DNA of 10,708 nucleotides from a virus (Duplodnaviria; Heunggongvirae; Uroviricota; Caudoviricetes): IMG/VR virus record IMGVR_UViG_2585427768_000002, positions 1 to 10,708 of that record; one strand, 5' to 3'. Shown piece by piece: positions 6,255 to 10,708 of this stretch (position 1 is its first letter; each line of letters starts with the position of its first letter). The notes under the pieces were generated by a model. It saw only the letters and a program-made list of their open reading frames with translations, ran no database searches and was not told where the DNA came from. The position numbers and the translations under genes were made by a program.

Positions 6255-6281
6255 CTGGCTTTTTATCTTGCTGGCTTTTTA
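6255..6281. repeat. exact 11-bp direct repeat CTGGCTTTTTA x2, 16-bp periodicity
   Basis: Copies at 6255-6265 and 6271-6281, about 50-75 bp upstream of the ATG at 6329. Confidence 0.6.
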
Positions 6282-6328
6282 GACAAGAGTTATTGGTATG
6301 TCACGTTAACCGGAAAGGGTAAAAAGAC

Positions 6329-6526
6329 ATGCTGAAACAGCAGGATATGACAGAAACCGCCAGAGTTGTGTTTGATGAATTAAGCGTTACCGAACCGGCG
6401 ACAGTCGGGGAGATTGCGCAGAATACTTACCTTTCACGCGAACGCTGCCAGTTAATACTGACCCAGCTTGTTATGGCGGGTCTGGCAGACTATCAGTGCG
6501 GTTGTTACAGACGCCTTCAGTCCTGA
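6329..6526 (+). CDS. small hypothetical protein (65 aa), possibly winged-helix-like DNA-binding
   Basis: ATG at 6329 with purine-rich AAAGGG upstream. Stop is embedded in a strong terminator hairpin. Sequence ...TVGEIAQNTYLSRERCQLILTQLVMAGLADYQ has a helix-turn-helix-like pattern. Function not recognised. Confidence 0.5.
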   Translation: MLKQQDMTETARVVFDELSVTEPATVGEIAQNTYLSRERCQLILTQLVMAGLADYQCGCYRRLQS

Positions 6527-6539
6527 AGGCTTTTTATTT
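6513..6539 (+). terminator. intrinsic terminator (plus strand) overlapping the stop of the small ORF
   Basis: Perfect 7-bp stem GCCTTCA (6513-6519) / TGAAGGC (6524-6530), loop GTCC, followed by TTTTTATTT (6531-6539). Confidence 0.6.
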
Positions 6540-6594
6540 GTGGTGAATGGGCGGCTGGTGGGGGGGCGACACCTGTCAGTCCTTTGCTTATGTG

Positions 6595-6625
6595 TTGATG
6601 ATAATTTACCTTTTGGGGCTATAAT
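6595..6625 (+). promoter_or_regulatory. candidate sigma70 promoter of the AraC-family gene
   Basis: Consensus -10 TATAAT at 6620-6625, about 35 nt upstream of ATG 6661. -35-like TTGATG at 6595-6600 with a long 19-nt spacer. Confidence 0.35.
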
Positions 6626-6660
6626 TGAGCTAACCAATTGCTAATGAAAGTAAAATTATA

Positions 6661-7374
6661 ATGGCTGTTGTCTGTTCAGTTATCATGGTTTGCTCCCCAA
6701 TTAATATTTTTCTTGAAAAGGATACGTTGTCACTTAAGCCAGGCTCAGTTGTTCTGGCCACCAAATGCATCAGGGAGCTTTTCCTTATGCATTATGGCAA
6801 AGTTAAAATTGTCGATATAAGCGAATCCGTCGTAAGTCAATATCTGGAAAGTCAGCATAAGCTGACGAGGACTCGTCTGACTGACATTCCGCTTTACCTG
6901 TTGCTGGAACCCAACAATCCTGCGTTGGCTGCGGCTTTAATTACCAGCCAGGGATTTTCCGGAGAGGCCACGGATATGTTTCTTATGATGGCCTGCCTGT
7001 CTCTGTTTGAAACAGATGAACGGATGTCATTGTTTTTAAGTGGATGTTTATCCAGCATAAGTGCCAAAGTCAGGGCGATAATTCAGACAGATATATCAGC
7101 AAGCTGGACGCTTGGTGCGATTGCTCTACAGTTGCATATGAGTGAGAGTTTGTTAAAGACAAAACTGAAAAATGAAGGGGGCATGTTCAGTCGCTTGTTG
7201 CTGGAAGAGCGGATGCGTGTTGCTGTAAATATGTTATGTTCCCGGCATGGATATGGACAGGCTATAGCAGAAAAATGCGGTTATTCAAGCAGGTCCTACT
7301 TTATTTCTGTATTTCACCGCTATTATGGCTTCCCGCCAGACAGATATGTATCCAGGCAAGGGCTTGATTATTGA
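6661..7374 (+). CDS. AraC/XylS-family transcriptional regulator, AppY/YdeO/GadX-like
   Basis: C-terminal region WTLGAIALQLHMSESLLKTKLKNEGGMFSRLLLEERMRVAVNMLCSRHGYGQAIAEKCGYSSRSYFISVFHRYYGFPPDRY is a canonical AraC-family dual HTH. N-terminus MAVVCSVIMVCS...IRELF...KIVDI resembles the AppY N-terminus as recalled. Lower GC than the flanking phage genes. Confidence 0.85.
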   Translation: MAVVCSVIMVCSPINIFLEKDTLSLKPGSVVLATKCIRELFLMHYGKVKIVDISESVVSQYLESQHKLTRTRLTDIPLYLLLEPNNPALAAALITSQGFSGEATDMFLMMACLSLFETDERMSLFLSGCLSSISAKVRAIIQTDISASWTLGAIALQLHMSESLLKTKLKNEGGMFSRLLLEERMRVAVNMLCSRHGYGQAIAEKCGYSSRSYFISVFHRYYGFPPDRYVSRQGLDY

Positions 7375-7402
7375 TTTTCATCTGATTATTATTTTTTGGC
7401 TC

Positions 7403-7478
7403 GGCCCTTTAGCTCAGTGGTGAGAGCGAGCGACTCATAATCGCCAGGTCGCTGGTTCAAATCCAGCAAGGGCCACCA
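7403..7478 (+). tRNA. tRNA-Ile2 (anticodon CAU, lysidine type; ileZ-like of lambdoid prophages)
   Basis: Hand fold: 7-bp acceptor GGCCCTT/AAGGGCC, D-arm GCTC...GAGC, anticodon loop CTCATAA, perfect T-arm GCTGG-TTCAAAT-CCAGC, encoded CCA at 7476-7478. Near-identical in pattern to E. coli tRNA-Ile2 as recalled. Confidence 0.85.
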
Positions 7479-7485
7479 TCACATA

Positions 7486-7559
7486 CCGCCATTAGCTCAT
7501 CAGGAAAGAGCGCCAGCCTTCGAAGCTGGTTGCGCGGAGTTCGGGTCCCCGAAGGCGGT
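7486..7559 (+). tRNA. tRNA-Arg-like (anticodon UCG), atypical; possibly degenerate
   Basis: Hand fold: anticodon stem CCAGC/GCTGG with loop CTTCGAA; D-arm GCTC...GAGC. One acceptor mismatch (A6-A67), one T-stem mismatch, T-loop TTCGGGT, and no encoded CCA (TCA follows the discriminator). Confidence 0.5.
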
Positions 7560-7575
7560 TCATTATCTGTATCCT

Positions 7576-7652
7576 GCGTTGTTAGCTCAGCCGGACAGAG
7601 CAATTGCCTTCTAAGCAATCGGTCACTGGTTCGAATACAGTAGAACGCGCCA
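7576..7652 (+). tRNA. tRNA-Arg (anticodon UCU, reads AGA)
   Basis: Hand fold: anticodon stem ATTGC/GCAAT with loop CTTCTAA; T-loop TTCGAAT; encoded CCA at 7650-7652. One acceptor mismatch (G6-G67) and a G53-A61 T-stem mismatch. Confidence 0.7.
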
Positions 7653-7667
7653 CACTTATTTTCCCTG

Positions 7668-7691
7668 GCTCGCTTTTGCGGGCTTTTTTTT
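7668..7691 (+). terminator. intrinsic terminator after the tRNA cluster
   Basis: Stem GCTCGC (7668-7673) / GCGGGC (7678-7683) with one G-U pair, loop TTTT, followed by 8 T (7684-7691). Confidence 0.55.
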
Positions 7692-7888
7692 AAATGTCTC
7701 ACAATTCAGGCGGTTGACTGTTGTCTGGTTTGCGGGGAGTTTGTTAAAAGAAACTGGCATGGTGAATCCCCCTGTGCGGAGGGGCAATCAGCGAGTAGGT
7801 ATATGGGATAATCGCGGATTCAGGTGCTGGTACTGAATTCACCGGGAGGCACCCGGCACCATGCAATGGCACATAGTGCCACTCTCCA

Positions 7889-7914
7889 GCCCCTCTCCGG
7901 AGGGGCTTTCTTAT
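7889..7914 (+). terminator. GC-rich hairpin with T-rich tail (terminator-like, plus strand)
   Basis: Perfect 7-bp stem GCCCCTC/GAGGGGC, loop TCCG, then TTTCTTAT. A near-copy of the motif (15/18 nt) at 7778-7795 forms a weaker hairpin without a T tail. Confidence 0.4.
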
Positions 7915-7917
7915 GGA

Positions 7918-7947
7918 CAAAAAAAGCCCGCGCAGGGAGACGCGGGC
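7918..7947 (-). terminator. GC-rich hairpin preceded by an A-run (terminator-like on the minus strand)
   Basis: Stem GCCCGCG (7926-7932) / CGCGGGC (7941-7947), 8-nt loop. On the plus strand it is preceded by AAAAAAA (7919-7925), which is a T-run after the stem when read on the minus strand. Confidence 0.35.
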
Positions 7948-8015
7948 GGCAAGGAATAAACAACAAAACGTGAAGTAATATTTCAGCTGGCGAATAATAT
8001 CCGACAGTAATCACT

Positions 8016-8038
8016 CTGCGCAATAGCGCGGCCTTTTT
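8016..8038 (+). terminator. weak terminator-like hairpin
   Basis: 6-bp stem CTGCGC/GCGCGG (one G-U pair), loop AATA, followed by CCTTTTT. Confidence 0.3.
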
Positions 8039-8140
8039 CGTATTGCGGGCTGTTGTCTATCTTCTGCCATTGTCCTGTAACTTCCGGACTTCAGCCCGCT
8101 CCTCATTTTACTCACAATATTATCCAGGCCGGGAGGATTC

Positions 8141-10102
8141 ATGGCATTTAAACACTATGACGTGGTCAGGGCGGCGTCGCCGTCAGACCTTGCGGAGCGA
8201 CTGACACAAAAACTGAAGGAGGGGTGGCAGCCATTTGGCAGTCCGGTGGCCATCACGCCTTATACCCTGATGCAGGCCATTGCGGCGGAAGGTGATGTCA
8301 CCACACCTGTGGTGGTGAAGCCGTCGGATGGAGAAGGCGCAGTTATCAGCACCACCAGCAACCCGGAGTATTACTTTGTTGTTGCCCTGGCCGGGCAGTC
8401 AAACGGTATGGCGTATGGTGAAGGGCTTCCGCTGCCGGAGACATATGACCGTCCGGACCCGCGTATTAAACAGCTGGCGCGTCGCAGCACTGTCACGCCG
8501 GGTGGTGCGTCCTGTAACTACAATGACATTATTCCTGCGGACCACTGCCTGCATGATGTTCAGGATTTGAGTAAGTTTTCACACCCGAAAGCTAGCGCAG
8601 CTCAGTATGGATGCGTGGGGCAGGGATTACATATCGCGAAGAAATTGTTGCCGTTTATTCCGGCGAATGCCGGTATTCTTCTGGTTCCGTGCTGCCGTGG
8701 TGGTTCTGCATTTTTGGCGGGCGATGAAGGTACCTTCAGCGAATCCACCGGCGCAAGCGAGACCTCGGCACGCTGGGGTGTAGATAAGCCACTGTACAAG
8801 GACCTGCTTACCCGTACTCAGGCCGCACTGAAGGCTAACCCTAAAAATATTCTGCTTGCAGTGGTCTGGATGCAGGGCGAGTTTGATTTGAAACAGGGTG
8901 CATACGCCACTCAGCCGGGGCTGTTTGATTCCATGGTGGAAAAATATCGTTCTGACCTGTCGGAATTCGGAGGTCAGTGTCTCGGGGGCTCTCCGTCATC
9001 GGTTCCCTGGATTTGTGGCGACACGACCTACTACTGGAAGCAGACTTATTCTTCGCAATACGATGCGGTGTATGGTGCATACAAGACGAAATCCGCAAAA
9101 AAAATCTTCTTTGTGCCGTTTATGACGGATGAAAACGGGCGAAATGTGGGTACCAACGAGCCGTCAGAAGATCCGGATGTTGCGGATATTGGGTATTACG
9201 GAGCCGGTGGTCGAACGGACGCCAAAACCTGGACGACGGCCGACCGTAAAACGCATTTTGGATCATGGGCACGTCGTGGGATTATTTCCGACCGTCTGGC
9301 AACGGCGATTCTTGTGCATGCCGGGAGAACCGCTGAATTCATTACCGGAAAACAGCCTGATACGGTGAAGCCCACCGGACCTTCCGGTGAAGGTACGGAG
9401 AGAGAGCCGGAAGCCCCGGTCAGTAACCGAACCCTGATGAGTCTGCTGGCGTCCGGCGAAGACCTGGCATCACAGGGCTGGCGCTATTATCACAAACCGG
9501 CGAGCGGAGACAATGTTAACAAAAACATTGCTGAAGCGGTGGTCAGTGATGCGGGGGCTACGGGAGGTAAGGCCCTGCAACTGAATAAACCGGAAAACCA
9601 CATCTGGTTTCTGGAGCATGATGCAGCCGGACAGGGAGTGGAGTTACTGAAGAAGGGGGGACGTGTGAGCGTACGGTTTAAGTTGCCGGGTTCACTGGTG
9701 CCGAATCGGTTTGCCCTGGGCATTTACTGGCAGTTGTCGTCCCTGCCGGAGGGAGTGACGCTGGCAGAGGAAGGCAACGACATGCTGATGTCCTTCTTCC
9801 TGCAGACGGATGCGACGAACCTGAACGCGATGTACCACAAGAAGCCGAATGCGAAGCTGGATACGTTCGGGGTCTTTGATAACGGATGGCACACACTGGC
9901 TTTTGAGTTTGCCGGAAACAACAGCATTCAGGTGACGCCGGTACTGGATGAGAAACGGGGGACGCCGTTCACACTGGTGAAATCTCCGGCATCAGGGGCG
10001 GCGGACAAACTGCAACTGACAGGCATATCAAAGGCGGCGACATATACGCTGCTGATTGACAGTGTGAAGGTGGAAGTGAACAACGCGGATGCCGCGGCAT
10101 GA
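8141..10102 (+). CDS. nanS: NanS-p-like sialate O-acetylesterase (SASA/SGNH hydrolase with N-terminal DUF1737-like region), 653 aa
   Basis: ATG at 8141 with SD GGGAGG 4 nt upstream. N-terminus MAFKHYDVVRAASPSDLAERL... and the esterase motif LAGQSNGMAYGEG (GQSN block of SASA-family esterases). Size and position (downstream of the tRNA cluster, upstream of the lysis region) match nanS-p genes of Stx-type prophages. Confidence 0.85.
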   Translation: MAFKHYDVVRAASPSDLAERLTQKLKEGWQPFGSPVAITPYTLMQAIAAEGDVTTPVVVKPSDGEGAVISTTSNPEYYFVVALAGQSNGMAYGEGLPLPETYDRPDPRIKQLARRSTVTPGGASCNYNDIIPADHCLHDVQDLSKFSHPKASAAQYGCVGQGLHIAKKLLPFIPANAGILLVPCCRGGSAFLAGDEGTFSESTGASETSARWGVDKPLYKDLLTRTQAALKANPKNILLAVVWMQGEFDLKQGAYATQPGLFDSMVEKYRSDLSEFGGQCLGGSPSSVPWICGDTTYYWKQTYSSQYDAVYGAYKTKSAKKIFFVPFMTDENGRNVGTNEPSEDPDVADIGYYGAGGRTDAKTWTTADRKTHFGSWARRGIISDRLATAILVHAGRTAEFITGKQPDTVKPTGPSGEGTEREPEAPVSNRTLMSLLASGEDLASQGWRYYHKPASGDNVNKNIAEAVVSDAGATGGKALQLNKPENHIWFLEHDAAGQGVELLKKGGRVSVRFKLPGSLVPNRFALGIYWQLSSLPEGVTLAEEGNDMLMSFFLQTDATNLNAMYHKKPNAKLDTFGVFDNGWHTLAFEFAGNNSIQVTPVLDEKRGTPFTLVKSPASGAADKLQLTGISKAATYTLLIDSVKVEVNNADAAA

Positions 10103-10103
10103 T

Positions 10104-10140
10104 AAAAAAAGCCGCCAGCGGCAGGAACGGAAGCTGGCGG
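10104..10140. terminator. hairpin after nanS-p; orientation ambiguous
   Basis: 8-bp stem CCGCCAGC (10112-10119) / GCTGGCGG (10133-10140), 13-nt loop. An A7 run precedes it on the plus strand, so the T-tail is on the minus strand; there is no T-run after it on the plus strand. Confidence 0.35.
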
Positions 10141-10237
10141 AGGGAATCCCAATGGAGAATGTAAAGAAAAGATGCTTTCGTATATCGGTTTTTTAAATGA
10201 AAACAGTTCTCATTGTCAACCATAACGGTAAGAAACT

Positions 10238-10432
10238 ATGACATTTATTCATCAGGTGATGCTGTACTTCTGTACGGCGGTCTGTGTGCTGTATCTTCTT
10301 TCGGGTGGGTACAGGGCAGTGCGCGATTTCTGGCGCAGGCAGATTGATAAAAGGGCCGCAGAGAAAATCAGCGCCAGTCAGTCAGCCGGAGCAAAAACAG
10401 AAGCCCCACTCATTCCGGAACAACCTTCTTAA
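10238..10432 (+). CDS. small hypothetical membrane protein (64 aa, single N-terminal TM helix, charged tail)
   Basis: ATG at 10238 with GGTAAG 5 nt upstream. Hydrophobic stretch VMLYFCTAVCVLYLLSGG followed by the basic tail RAVRDFWRRQIDKRAAEK. Preferred over the overlapping 90-aa frame, whose N-terminus looks non-coding. Confidence 0.4.
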   Translation: MTFIHQVMLYFCTAVCVLYLLSGGYRAVRDFWRRQIDKRAAEKISASQSAGAKTEAPLIPEQPS

Positions 10433-10457
10433 TAACCCATTTCAACGAGAAAATCCT

Positions 10458-10556
10458 ATGTCAGAAATAAAATCGCTGGTCACTGCTGAGGCAGTGAAGG
10501 AAGTTCTGCGCTCTGAAGAAGTCCGGAGCGCACTGAAACGTAACCGGCTCATTTAA
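10458..10556 (+). CDS. possible very small ORF (32 aa)
   Basis: Internal ATG of track ORF 10284..10556 with a weak GAGA SD 7 nt upstream. Peptide MSEIKSLVTAEAVKEVLRSEEVRSALKRNRLI is amphipathic and helical-looking. Could be a real small gene or the remnant of a disrupted one. Confidence 0.25.
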   Translation: MSEIKSLVTAEAVKEVLRSEEVRSALKRNRLI

Positions 10557-10622
10557 ACCGTCTGGTCTGTTTCCTCCGGCTCTACAAAAATAATGTCCAT
10601 CATTTTTAATGGACACTATCGT

Positions 10623-10708
10623 ATGAAACACCGGACCTGGATCACTGAAGCTTTACGTCTTCACTTTGAAGAACATTTACCCCGGGTTGTGGCCGGGCGT
10701 CGCCTGGG
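10623..10708 (+). CDS. possible start of a hypothetical protein (partial, runs off window end)
   Basis: ATG at 10623 opens a frame (MKHRTWITEALRLHFEEHLPRVVAGRRL...) to the window end. No clear SD. Preceded by a 7-bp inverted repeat. Confidence 0.3.
   Translation, partial: MKHRTWITEALRLHFEEHLPRVVAGRRL

Noticed and set aside
6661-6684. Alternative later start (ATG at 6685) for the AraC-family gene
   Set aside because: Neither start has a good SD, but the first Met gives an N-terminus (MAVVCSV...) that parallels the recalled AppY N-terminus, so the longer form is kept.
3691-7380. Possibility that the AT-rich block is an IS element or transposon, or that the window contains CRISPR repeats
   Set aside because: No terminal inverted repeats, transposase or integrase ORF, or target-site duplication was visible at the boundaries, and no regularly spaced repeats occur anywhere. 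The block is better described as phage cargo acquired by illegitimate recombination.
7457-7702. 81-aa minus-strand ORF from the six-frame track
   Set aside because: It lies entirely across the tRNA-Arg genes and the terminator after them. Its reading frame is an artefact of the structured RNA genes; there is no SD.
7820-8023. 67-aa minus-strand ORF in the leader before nanS-p
   Set aside because: It spans the GC-rich palindromic hairpins, has no SD or coding-like composition, and is Pro/Arg-rich as expected from translating GC-rich hairpin DNA.
7653-8140. Looked for stx (Shiga toxin A/B) genes between the tRNA cluster and nanS-p, where they sit in Stx phages
   Set aside because: No ORF of suitable size or orientation exists in this interval, only hairpins. 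The prophage is called stx-negative for this window.
8328-10223. Multiple short ORFs on both strands inside nanS-p (for example 8328..8570, 8602..8799, 8841..9098, 9490..9723, 9678..9896, 9969..10223)
   Set aside because: Shadow ORFs embedded in a long, well-supported coding frame. GC-rich coding DNA routinely produces such antisense or off-frame ORFs.
10284-10556. 90-aa plus-strand ORF overlapping the 64-aa membrane-protein ORF
   Set aside because: Its N-terminal 58 residues overlap 10238..10432 in another frame and look non-coding (low complexity, no SD). Only the C-terminal 32 codons from ATG 10458 are kept, as a low-confidence small ORF.

Overview
This window reads as the nin-Q-late junction of a lambdoid prophage in an E. 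coli-like genome, with the architecture of a Stx phage but no stx genes. All calls are from reading the sequence and from recalled protein families; no searches were run. Left part: three tandem minus-strand paralogous ORFs joined by a repeated GTGA stop/start cassette, a 5'-truncated rusA remnant, a LexA-box-like palindrome, then plus-strand genes for a KilA-N domain protein, a DUF968/HNH-like protein and a short Q antiterminator. Middle part (about 3.67-7.38 kb): a visibly AT-rich cargo island starting inside the last 21 bp of Q. It carries a tightly coupled two-gene minus-strand operon: a zinc-ribbon protein with an NdpA/YejK-like (NA37) nucleoid-associated domain, followed by a protein with C-terminal hydrophobic helices. 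I do not recognise this pair as any named defence system, and it is the best candidate here for an undescribed defence or exclusion module. The island also holds a small ORF with its own terminator and an AppY/YdeO-like AraC-family regulator. Right part: three tRNAs (Ile2-CAU, Arg-UCG, Arg-UCU), an ORF-free leader with several terminator-like hairpins where stx would sit in Stx phages, a nanS-p-like sialate O-acetylesterase gene, and small ORFs at the window end. No CRISPR array, integrase or IS element was seen.
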